Source: a virus
Taxonomy: Duplodnaviria; Caudoviricetes
DNA length: 27,235 nt
Strand: one strand, 5' to 3'
IMG/VR virus record: IMGVR_UViG_3300042893_000406
Location: 1-27,235 of that record
Positions within the stretch are counted from its first letter, which is position 1. Each line of letters starts with the position of its first letter. The notes under the pieces are model-generated. The model saw only the letters and a list, made by a program, of their open reading frames with translations, ran no database searches and had not been told where the DNA came from. Below, piece after piece: positions 17,594-25,194 of this stretch. A program made the position numbers and the translations under genes.

Positions 17594-19437
17594 TATAATT
17601 TACTTATAGTATAAATAACACCAGGGGATTGAGGCGTTACAGGCGTAGCTGTTGCAGGAAGTGTTTCTAGTAATACCCCTGCCACATCTGAATGCCACCA
17701 AAGTTCAATATAATCCCCTGCCGCCATATTAAATAATTGGTTTAATGATAAAATTATTTGTCCATTTATACTGCCACGCTTAACTGGTATCCCTGTTGTT
17801 GACGCAGAATTAACAACATCAACTCCGTTATATCTAACCCAGAATGAAGTTTCAGCTATTGACGCTGTTGGGTTGGCTGTTTGTATACTAAATTGAAAAT
17901 TATATACACCAGCTATGGCCACCGTAATTCTGCCTGCTGATATAGATACCCCATTACTTATGAGTGTTGAAGCGCACCCCACCAAATAAGCTATTGTAGT
18001 TAATGTTGCTGTCTGAGTAGTTGTGTCATAAAAAGAACCAAAAACAGGTTTAATGTATGACGGATACCATTTTAAAGTAACAGCATCGTACGTCATTATC
18101 AAGGCTTCGCCAATTACAGCCGTTGTAACCAAAGCTATATTCCCTGCTGTTGTGGTAGACCATACCCCTGTTGGAATCAATGTAATTTGACCACCTGTTG
18201 TTGCTATGCCCGTAGGCGGTGTGATGGTTGCAATGCTGATATTACCTGATACAAACACAATGCTGGTTGTAGGCGCAATGGTTGTAGCACTGGCTATGGT
18301 CGGTGCTACTTGACCTGATGCTTGCACCCCGAATACTTTAGTAGCCAGTGTTGATGAGTTACCAATAGTAGTTGTGTTTGATCCAATACCTATGGCGTTA
18401 TAACCAATAACTGTTTCATTCGTATTGTTGTTAGCTAAGGCTCTGGTGTTGTAACCAACATAAGTCGAGTTATTTGTTATAGTTAGTGCTGTTGCTCCGT
18501 CAGCAATGTAGCGCCCAGCGCTCACACCACTAGCTGTGTTCTGGGTGCCTGTGGTGTTGCTGAAGAGGGCGCTCACACCACTAGCTGTGTTCTGGGTGCC
18601 TGTGGTGTTGCTGAAGAGGGCGCTCACACCTACAGCTGTGTTGTAGTAGCCTGTGGTGTTGTAGAAGAGTGCACTCACACCACTAGCTGTGTTCTGGTAG
18701 CCTGTGGTGTTGCTCAGAAGTGCAGACACACCACTTGCAGTATTATTGTAACCTGTGGTGTTGCTCAGAAGTGCATTCACACCACTAGCTGTGTTGCTAG
18801 TACCTGTGGTGTTGTTCTGAAGTGCAGACACACCACTTGCTGTGTTGCTGCCACCTGTTGTGTTATACCTACCTGAATTTAAACCAAGAAATGTGTTGCC
18901 AGTTGCTGTATTTACCCTTGCTTCAAAGCGTACGGTGTTGGTTGAATCTTTGAGTGAGATAACCGGAGTAGACACAGCCGTTAGCGATTTGATAGATACA
19001 ATAATTGATCCAACAAATGTAGCAGTCGGTGTTATAACTAGATTACCCGTTGTTGTAGCAGTTGGCCCAAACGCACCTGTTGCAGTAATACCAGCTACTG
19101 ATTGTCCACCAAAGGCAAGTGTAAACGACCCCGCACTCCGCACTACTGTATAAGCAATTTGATACTTTGTAGCTGATACTGCGGCTGTGGGATACGATAA
19201 AGGCGATACATTACTAGCACCATTGACCCAACCTGTCGTGTTGTTACCCGTCCAGCCTGTTGAAGTCCAAGTGGCTGTAGTTAAAAACTCTGCACTGTAC
19301 GTTGGTAAATCAGTTGATGGTGTACCGTTTGACGTCAGCGTACCAATAGTAACGGCTACTTTGTTTTGGAATGCCATATCCCCAAGCATACCATTGACTG
19401 GCACTTGATCTGGTTCTGTGCCTATTAATGTACTCAT
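17593..19437 (-). CDS. Fibre/adhesin with YadA-head-like repeats and C-terminal jelly-roll (C1q/BclA-like) domain
   Basis: Thr/Gly-rich; seven 17-aa NTTGxxNTAxGVxA repeats; FGSFYDTT...GVYNFQFSIQ...GDYIELWW. Confidence 0.75.
   Translation of the reverse strand: MSTLIGTEPDQVPVNGMLGDMAFQNKVAVTIGTLTSNGTPSTDLPTYSAEFLTTATWTSTGWTGNNTTGWVNGASNVSPLSYPTAAVSATKYQIAYTVVRSAGSFTLAFGGQSVAGITATGAFGPTATTTGNLVITPTATFVGSIIVSIKSLTAVSTPVISLKDSTNTVRFEARVNTATGNTFLGLNSGRYNTTGGSNTASGVSALQNNTTGTSNTASGVNALLSNTTGYNNTASGVSALLSNTTGYQNTASGVSALFYNTTGYYNTAVGVSALFSNTTGTQNTASGVSALFSNTTGTQNTASGVSAGRYIADGATALTITNNSTYVGYNTRALANNNTNETVIGYNAIGIGSNTTTIGNSSTLATKVFGVQASGQVAPTIASATTIAPTTSIVFVSGNISIATITPPTGIATTGGQITLIPTGVWSTTTAGNIALVTTAVIGEALIMTYDAVTLKWYPSYIKPVFGSFYDTTTQTATLTTIAYLVGCASTLISNGVSISAGRITVAIAGVYNFQFSIQTANPTASIAETSFWVRYNGVDVVNSASTTGIPVKRGSINGQIILSLNQLFNMAAGDYIELWWHSDVAGVLLETLPATATPVTPQSPGVIYTISKL
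18508..18864 (-). repeat. Coding tandem repeat, 7 x 51 nt
   Basis: gcgctcacacc recurs at 18518, 18569 and 18620; units 18518-18568 and 18569-18619 are identical. Confidence 0.92.
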
Positions 19438-19898
19438 AAGATCACCTCAGGCCAGCCAGCCCAATTATTAGGTATATGCAAAACAGGAGGGACAGGGTCA
19501 CCGTCCTCGTCTGTCGTATCAGGTAGATAGTTAATAAAACTAAGGTCTAGTGGTTCAAGTTCAATTAAAGAGGACTCAGCATTGCCTTCCCATTGCCACA
19601 TACCCATCACGGTAAACGGTAGGTCTAGTGCTGTAATTGCTTCAACAGTAAAATTGTCTGTTGTTGTTGCGTCTAGGATTGATAACCCCGTGTACACTGT
19701 GATAATGTCGGGTAATGGTGCATCTGTTGTAGACTCAGGGTCAGGCGTAGTGATTGTATAAGTTTCAGTACCATAGCTGATCGTACCCGGCATTGGCATA
19801 ATGTACTGAGCAAATACAGAGCTAATACCCGCCTGTTGCTCAGGTGTCAGTTGGTCAAAAGTAAGCCCTGTGGGGCTTGTAAGTATTAGTCTTTTCAT
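19434..19898 (-). CDS. Hypothetical acidic Pro/Thr-rich protein (possible fibre accessory)
   Basis: ATGA overlaps on both sides; ends HIPNNWAGWPEVIL. Confidence 0.75.
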   Translation of the reverse strand: MKRLILTSPTGLTFDQLTPEQQAGISSVFAQYIMPMPGTISYGTETYTITTPDPESTTDAPLPDIITVYTGLSILDATTTDNFTVEAITALDLPFTVMGMWQWEGNAESSLIELEPLDLSFINYLPDTTDEDGDPVPPVLHIPNNWAGWPEVIL

Positions 19899-20152
19899 TC
19901 CGGATAACTCACTAAGATAATGTGTGGTTCTTCTATTGGGCCATCATACGTTGATATAAACTCTACTTTGAAATCGGTGAAGGGTACTATTTCACTGTTC
20001 TCGTCATCGGGATTTGAATAGACTTCTATATCTTCCCAATGGTCTAATTTACTGAACTTTGCCGATTCTTCATCTTCAGCCACACATACCCATGCTTCAC
20101 CGTAAATCTCATGACTGCCAGTCCAGTCTTGAGATACTTTATATATATTCAT
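19895..20152 (-). CDS. Hypothetical acidic protein
   Basis: AGGGA upstream of ATG; packed in the operon. Confidence 0.7.
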   Translation of the reverse strand: MNIYKVSQDWTGSHEIYGEAWVCVAEDEESAKFSKLDHWEDIEVYSNPDDENSEIVPFTDFKVEFISTYDGPIEEPHIILVSYPE

Positions 20153-20161
20153 AATATTCCC

Positions 20162-20689
20162 TTAGCTTGTGAGAGCGACTAATTCGGTTGATGTGAGTGC
20201 TTTTGGATAGTAGGTGAGTTTCTTTATGTATGTATTACAATATCTTCCACCATTAGCAATACTATATCCTATAGATAATGTATTAAAAATACCAAGCTGT
20301 TTACCTTGAGTAATGGTAGCTGTAACTGGCGCAACGCCATTGACTGATATTTTTGTATCTAAAAGAGTTACGTTAAACGCAAGTTTGCCTTGTGTTGCTG
20401 TGGTATTGATATAGTAAATATCCCCAAAATTTCCAGCTCTATATGCTATTGTAGTAGCAGGTAAAGAGTTAGCAAATTCTTTGCCTACTTTTAAATACGC
20501 ATTACTAGAAGAAAATAATTCAAAAAGTTGTGGATAATCACCTTTGGCAGAATCAACATCTAAGTAAAAACTCCCTTGACTCTGATTATACCAAGAGCTA
20601 AAGTTAGTCGAAACCATTGACGCAGCATCAGCAGCACGAGTTATCGTGGTGGCAACTGTGGGTATATACGATGTTGCAAAGCTAGCCAT
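20162..20689 (-). CDS. C-terminal half of split fibre/adhesin (LamG/ConA-like beta domain)
   Basis: Starts M-ASFATSYIPT...TRAAD, the expected continuation of WGAQxE; AGGT RBS 7 nt before ATG 20689 (alternative ATG 20695); ends IKKLTYYPKALTSTELVALTS. Confidence 0.85.
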   Translation of the reverse strand: MASFATSYIPTVATTITRAADAASMVSTNFSSWYNQSQGSFYLDVDSAKGDYPQLFELFSSSNAYLKVGKEFANSLPATTIAYRAGNFGDIYYINTTATQGKLAFNVTLLDTKISVNGVAPVTATITQGKQLGIFNTLSIGYSIANGGRYCNTYIKKLTYYPKALTSTELVALTS

Positions 20690-21385
20690 ATTCATTACCT
20701 ATGTTATAATAAGAAAACTTTAGCTTCTTATTGAGATTATTATGAAAACATACGGAATCATTAACTGCCCCGATTGCAATATTGAGTTTACTAAACTTTC
20801 TCCAAATACTAAGCGATGCAAGCCTTGCGCCCTTTCTGCTCATGGTGAAACTAAGTCTGGGTATAAAATTAAAAATTGTATTGTTTGTGATTGTGACTAT
20901 AAGCCATCTGGTACCACACAAAAAGTTTGCGAGTCCTGTAAACCTGCTTATAGGCAACAACAAAATATAACCAAACTTAAAGAGATGAGGAAAAAAGCTG
21001 GTGCAATAGTTATTGGCACCGTTCTTATGTGTCCTGAATGTGCTGATGATTTTGTTTATAAAGCTGGGCCACAACATAGATGCCCAAGTTGCCAAAAACA
21101 AGCAGAAGTTAAAAAAATACATGAGTGGCTTGCTTCTGATAAAGATAGACTTAAAAAATACACAGAAAAAGCTAAAGATAATTATACCTTTGGAGGCAAT
21201 AGAAAAACAGCCCTTGAAAGAGACAATTACACATGTCAGCATTGCCAAACTAAAGACGACCTGCATGTCCACCATATTGACGGCAAAGGCACTACTACTG
21301 AAAGAGAACTCAGGAATAATGCTATTGACAATTTGATTACTCTTTGCAGAGGTTGCCATACTAGAGAACATGGTAGAATTCGTCA
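20690..21385 (+). mobile_element. HNH homing-endonuclease-like insertion (696 nt) splitting the fibre gene
   Basis: Lies exactly between the GAA (E) of WGAQAE and the ATG-GCT-AGC-TTT of MASF; flanks remain in the same frame. Confidence 0.8.
20702..20710 (+). promoter_or_regulatory. Extended -10 promoter for the HNH gene
   Basis: Perfect TGnTATAAT, 31 nt before ATG 20742. Confidence 0.6.
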
Positions 21386-21422
21386 TTCTGCTTGCGCTCC
21401 CCAGATAAATACACCGCTATAA
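20742..21422 (+). CDS. HNH endonuclease with N-terminal zinc ribbons
   Basis: Six N-terminal CxxC; LERDNYTCQHC...LHVHHID...N..DNLITLCRGCHTREH HNH domain. Confidence 0.92.
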   Translation: MKTYGIINCPDCNIEFTKLSPNTKRCKPCALSAHGETKSGYKIKNCIVCDCDYKPSGTTQKVCESCKPAYRQQQNITKLKEMRKKAGAIVIGTVLMCPECADDFVYKAGPQHRCPSCQKQAEVKKIHEWLASDKDRLKKYTEKAKDNYTFGGNRKTALERDNYTCQHCQTKDDLHVHHIDGKGTTTERELRNNAIDNLITLCRGCHTREHGRIRHSACAPQINTPL

Positions 21423-23152
21423 CCATTACCAACAACCGAGTTACTTGTGCCATTAGTTGAACTACCAAACTGAGTAACTAAACTTGTAGCTGTGTTACTT
21501 GTACCTGTGATATTGCATCTATACCAACCGTTACCAACTGATGTAGGTGTAGTTGCAGACAAAGCAGTAAACGCAGTTCCAATACCAGCAACAGCGGTAG
21601 AAATAGCACCAGTGGCCAGGTTGAAATAAACTATAGCACCATTACCAGCACCATCAGATATTTGTAACCATGAATATGTATATTGATTAGCTTTAAAGTG
21701 AACCGTTGATGTATAAGCTAAAGCTGATGCAGCTTTAGTAACTGTTTGCGCAATCGCTTGTAATCCGGTTGCTGTGTTGCTTACCAAGTTAAATGCAGTC
21801 TGCGTACCATCTGGTGCAATAGTCGCTGCCGCTGTTACTGTGCTATTAGTTAATGTCCAAATTAACGTAACTGTTCCACACGTAGCTGTAGCTCCGCTAG
21901 TGCTTCCTGTTAATGTTCCAGTAAAAGTTCCTGTACCATTATAAATAGCAGCAAGTGTAGCTGTTGATTTATCTAATAGGTATTCACCCGTCCCTCCACC
22001 AGAAGCAGTTACTGTTTCACCATTAACAAAAGTGCCAGAAACAGCAGATAACACAACAGTATGAGAAATAAATGATTGACTATAAGTAAAAAGATTAGTC
22101 CTCTGCTCCTCAATCAGTAACCCCAACGCCACCCCTGTTATCGGGTTATAGTCCAAGCGTGGCACACCAGCAGCAGCAGTCATTAATACTGGGATGTAGT
22201 TGGTAATAGGTGCGGTGGTAGTTGGAGTATAGGCGGTGACTGAGGAGCGTTGTTCGAGTTGTGCGCCCCAAGCGTATATTGTTTGAGCTACTTGAGCTGA
22301 TTGAGTTATATCTCTTAAATCCACGCCTAATTGAATATAATTTATGGATGCACCAGCAGTATGATTAAGGGTAAATCGTTGCCAAGATGTTGTTAATGTG
22401 CAAGTTGTTTTGACAGAAGTAGAACCATTTGGTGTCCACATCAAATATATAACTTCACCACCAACAGACCCTCTTAAATAAACTGAATCTGTGTAAATTA
22501 AAGTATTTATTTGAGTAGGGGCTTGAAATACAATTGAAAAAGCATTTACTCCTGTAACTGCTGGGTATGCAATTTGCGATGCAGTAGTTGTCCCATCAGG
22601 TGCAGTTGTAGCATTTCCTGTTACTACTGGAGCAGTTGCTGTTATGGCACTTTTAATCCAAACAGCGTTGCTGAAGTCTTGACTCTGCAACAACAAATTC
22701 TCCTCAGCCTTAGCAGTCGTCTTACCATCATAATAAGTCGCTGTGCTGTTTCTAACGAACGTAATGCGAGGGTCTACGGTTTTGCTGTTGGCAAAGTCTA
22801 GGTTGAGGGTTGGTTGGACAGTGGGGTATGCAGCAGGAGCGGCTAACACAGCCGTTGCCGCAGGATAGGTACAAAATACATTCTTAGTGCCAGCAGCAAA
22901 GGAAACAGCGGTTGTACCGCCTGCACTTGAAGTTAATATTTTATCAACAGTGATTGAATTGGCGGCAGAGGTATATGTACCTAAAATGTCCATCCAATTA
23001 GTGCCATTGGTAATGGTGTAATAAGTGCTATTTGTATTGCCAATTCCTACGCTAAATGTTTGGTATCCTGTAACGCCTCCGCCCAGAACAAATGGCCCAG
23101 AACCAGTTGAAGTTGAAACTTCTTGTACTCTATCATTTACTACTAGCGTCAT
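21383..23152 (-). CDS. N-terminal half of split fibre/adhesin
   Basis: MTLVVNDRVQE N-domain, PTLNLDFA...FVRNSTATY, GLLIEEQRTNL; two NLL...APDGT...WGAQxE repeats, the second ending abruptly at WGAQAE*. Confidence 0.87.
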   Translation of the reverse strand: MTLVVNDRVQEVSTSTGSGPFVLGGGVTGYQTFSVGIGNTNSTYYTITNGTNWMDILGTYTSAANSITVDKILTSSAGGTTAVSFAAGTKNVFCTYPAATAVLAAPAAYPTVQPTLNLDFANSKTVDPRITFVRNSTATYYDGKTTAKAEENLLLQSQDFSNAVWIKSAITATAPVVTGNATTAPDGTTTASQIAYPAVTGVNAFSIVFQAPTQINTLIYTDSVYLRGSVGGEVIYLMWTPNGSTSVKTTCTLTTSWQRFTLNHTAGASINYIQLGVDLRDITQSAQVAQTIYAWGAQLEQRSSVTAYTPTTTAPITNYIPVLMTAAAGVPRLDYNPITGVALGLLIEEQRTNLFTYSQSFISHTVVLSAVSGTFVNGETVTASGGGTGEYLLDKSTATLAAIYNGTGTFTGTLTGSTSGATATCGTVTLIWTLTNSTVTAAATIAPDGTQTAFNLVSNTATGLQAIAQTVTKAASALAYTSTVHFKANQYTYSWLQISDGAGNGAIVYFNLATGAISTAVAGIGTAFTALSATTPTSVGNGWYRCNITGTSNTATSLVTQFGSSTNGTSNSVVGNGYSGVFIWGAQAE

Positions 23153-23153
23153 A

Positions 23154-23567
23154 TTATGCTACCTGAAAAACACCGTTAATTAAATCTAAGGACGCTGTAA
23201 AAGTATCAGCATTGCCACCATTTAATGCAACTATTGAACTGTAATCCCAATACCCTATGGAAGCATTAAGGGTCTTATCAACTAAGATTACATATTGAAA
23301 ACTAAACCCTGCGCCTGTAGCTGTCCACGTTGGTGGAGAAGTTAAAGCTAATTTATATACGCCAGCGGTTTCACTAGATGATGTTGTCGTGACATTAGCG
23401 CCACCCTGTGTGTATCCACTTCCAGTTACTAAATCAGTTGTGCCAGCAATAAAGGTTGTATTGGTTGGCGCTGTTATAGCTAAAGCAACGCCCCATTGAT
23501 CTGTAGCGGAATTAACCGTGCTTTCTAATAAAGCAATAGCGCCTGCAACTTTATTATAAATAGCCAT
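23154..23567 (-). CDS. Small structural protein (fibre-associated)
   Basis: GSGYTQGG...WTATG...IGYWDYSS motifs typical of small phage virion proteins; in operon. Confidence 0.65.
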   Translation of the reverse strand: MAIYNKVAGAIALLESTVNSATDQWGVALAITAPTNTTFIAGTTDLVTGSGYTQGGANVTTTSSSETAGVYKLALTSPPTWTATGAGFSFQYVILVDKTLNASIGYWDYSSIVALNGGNADTFTASLDLINGVFQVA

Positions 23568-23569
23568 TA

Positions 23570-24004
23570 TTATTCCTGCTCAATAACAATTTGAGCTATT
23601 TTACCATCTTCATCACGCAAAACATTTAAGGTAATGCTTTTTTTCTGCGTTAATAATCGACCTAATTTAGCCATATGTTGCCCATGCTCAATTAATGCGT
23701 TTGCAATAGCTGTATTGTCAGGAGCGGACACATTAATAGAAGCAGGAGAAATATTAACGCTTGGAGGTGTTATTACTAATTCTTTCAGCTTTTCTATTAA
23801 CCCTTCCCAGTGTTTTGCATCATGTTCAATAGATAATGTTGCGTGAGCATCTAATTTTTGTGGAGGCAATTTATTTAATAAATTTCCTATCATTTTATTG
23901 GCTAATGAATCAAGTTGTTTAGTATCTTGATCTATTGCCTTTGTTTTTTTTGGCGCTTGTTTAATTTGAGAACTTAAATTAAAAAGCATGTCGTCATATT
24001 TCAT
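23570..24004 (-). CDS. Hypothetical protein
   Basis: Start moved to ATG 24004 just after the upstream stop; ends VLRDEDGKIAQI. Confidence 0.7.
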   Translation of the reverse strand: MKYDDMLFNLSSQIKQAPKKTKAIDQDTKQLDSLANKMIGNLLNKLPPQKLDAHATLSIEHDAKHWEGLIEKLKELVITPPSVNISPASINVSAPDNTAIANALIEHGQHMAKLGRLLTQKKSITLNVLRDEDGKIAQIVIEQE

Positions 24005-24005
24005 C

Positions 24006-24722
24006 TTATTGCCCTGTATAGATGTTAAATCTACGTTTACCACTAACTGCTAATGCAGCAGGGTCAATTTGCAAAGTTAATGGCCTTCTGTTGGTGCGTT
24101 TTAAATTAGCTTTAGCGCCAATAGCTAATTGAATAACATCAGCACCAGCGGACACCTGATACTCTGGCGCTAACTCAACAGCTAATGAATACTTTAATGC
24201 TTTAGCATAGCCAACTGGTAATTGAATTGGTGTTGTTAATGATGCAAATTGCGTTAATGGTTTGCGACTATAAAGATTAATAGTAGATGCCGTTGATGGC
24301 ACAGGATACATATAAAGATTGCCAAGTATTGGCGAATTACGATCAAAATACATGTACTCTGGATAAACATTCTGCAATGTTTTTAACTTTATAACTGCAT
24401 AATCATCATAATCAATCTGTATGATTGGATAATCAACACCACCGACAGTAACGGTTGATGCTTCAATATGTATTGGAACGTCTGTACTAAAGCTACCACC
24501 TACACCAATAGTATGTGGATTTAACCCTGGAGTACAAGTAAACTGCTCAAGTTGCACATGGTATAACATAAGGCTTTCATTAGACCAACCATCAACCATT
24601 TGATTTAATGCTTCAAAAGCATCATTAGATTCATCAGCGGTTATAGTTACATCAGTTGACGCAACCTGTAACAAACGTAATGCACCATTAATGATTGTTT
24701 GAGCAGTTACACTTGTAGTCAT
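24006..24722 (-). CDS. Head-to-tail adaptor, P22 gp4-like
   Basis: TAQTIINGALRLL...ALNQMVDGW...LPVGY..AL.YSLAVELAPEY; GGAG RBS; position after the coat gene. Confidence 0.75.
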   Translation of the reverse strand: MTTSVTAQTIINGALRLLQVASTDVTITADESNDAFEALNQMVDGWSNESLMLYHVQLEQFTCTPGLNPHTIGVGGSFSTDVPIHIEASTVTVGGVDYPIIQIDYDDYAVIKLKTLQNVYPEYMYFDRNSPILGNLYMYPVPSTASTINLYSRKPLTQFASLTTPIQLPVGYAKALKYSLAVELAPEYQVSAGADVIQLAIGAKANLKRTNRRPLTLQIDPAALAVSGKRRFNIYTGQ

Positions 24723-24750
24723 TGTTTATGCTCCAGCCAAAAAATTAGTT

Positions 24751-24769
24751 GACCACGTTCCTTGTGGTC
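24751..24769 (-). promoter_or_regulatory. GGA-loop hairpin (candidate CsrA/RsmA site or attenuator)
   Basis: GACCAC-AAGGAAC-GTGGTC on the - strand, upstream of the gp4-like RBS. Confidence 0.4.
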
Positions 24770-24776
24770 TGGGGTT

Positions 24777-25139
24777 TTATTTACTAAATTGACCTAAAGC
24801 GGCAACAGTCCACACACCAGCGGCAGGGATTGCGCCAGCAGGAATTGCAACAGCTAAAGAGTTACGCCACACAACAGTTACTGTATTAGTAGCAGATACA
24901 ACGCTTGATACTAATTGCAAGCCTTTTGGGATTGCAGACCATACAACGTCCCTTGCTCTAACAGCAACATCAAGATCAGTTGTTAAAATACCAGTAGCAG
25001 TAATGGTTTCAGTGACAGAAGCACCAGCAGCAATAGCAGAACCGCCATTGATTTGATACGATGATGATGCGTATGAAGCTATTGGTAATTTGCCATCTAA
25101 CTGACCAATACCAAAGCTGTTATTATTTAAATCTGGCAT
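24777..25139 (-). CDS. Possible capsid decoration/accessory protein
   Basis: AGGAGG RBS, beta-rich Ala/Val/Thr composition, directly after the coat gene. Confidence 0.55.
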   Translation of the reverse strand: MPDLNNNSFGIGQLDGKLPIASYASSSYQINGGSAIAAGASVTETITATGILTTDLDVAVRARDVVWSAIPKGLQLVSSVVSATNTVTVVWRNSLAVAIPAGAIPAAGVWTVAALGQFSK

Positions 25140-25160
25140 AAGTGCCTCCTAAAATAGTTT

Positions 25161-25184
25161 AAAAGGTGGGCTATTACACCCACC
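25161..25184 (-). terminator. Probable leaky intrinsic terminator after the coat gene
   Basis: GGTGGG-tgtaatag-CCCACC followed by TTTT on the - strand. Confidence 0.55.
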
Positions 25185-25194
25185 ATAAATGATA

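Larger units (their letters stand above)
20682..21386 (-). other. Stop-free antisense 'bridge' ORF (234 codons) linking the two fibre halves
   Basis: ATG overlaps N-half stop (ATGA); TAG overlaps C-half start (ATGGCTAG); in phase with the HNH codons. Confidence 0.55.

Noticed and set aside
18508-18864. CRISPR array (given the Cas4-like gene) or DGR template/variable repeat
   Set aside because: Units are contiguous in-frame coding repeats without unique spacers; no reverse transcriptase or adenine-specific repeat pair is seen in the window
880-21336. Short alternative-frame ORFs (880, 4579, 5477, 9519, 20782, 21013)
   Set aside because: Nested in better-supported genes with no recognisable features
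20690-21385. Group I/II intron or intein explaining the split fibre
   Set aside because: Only ~52 nt lie outside the HNH ORF, the ORF is antisense, the host frame has an immediate stop, and no splice-junction or intein terminal motifs are visible
20685-21388. T4 gene 60-style ribosomal bypass from GAA-TGA to a matching GAA
   Set aside because: The GAA nearest the C-half start resumes as TAT GGC TAG, which is the wrong frame; an RBS and ATG explain the C-half more simply
20162-23152. Simple pseudogene or assembly error
   Set aside because: Both halves are intact, the break is clean with a new RBS/start, and the junctions show ordered overlaps; read-level confirmation is still advisable
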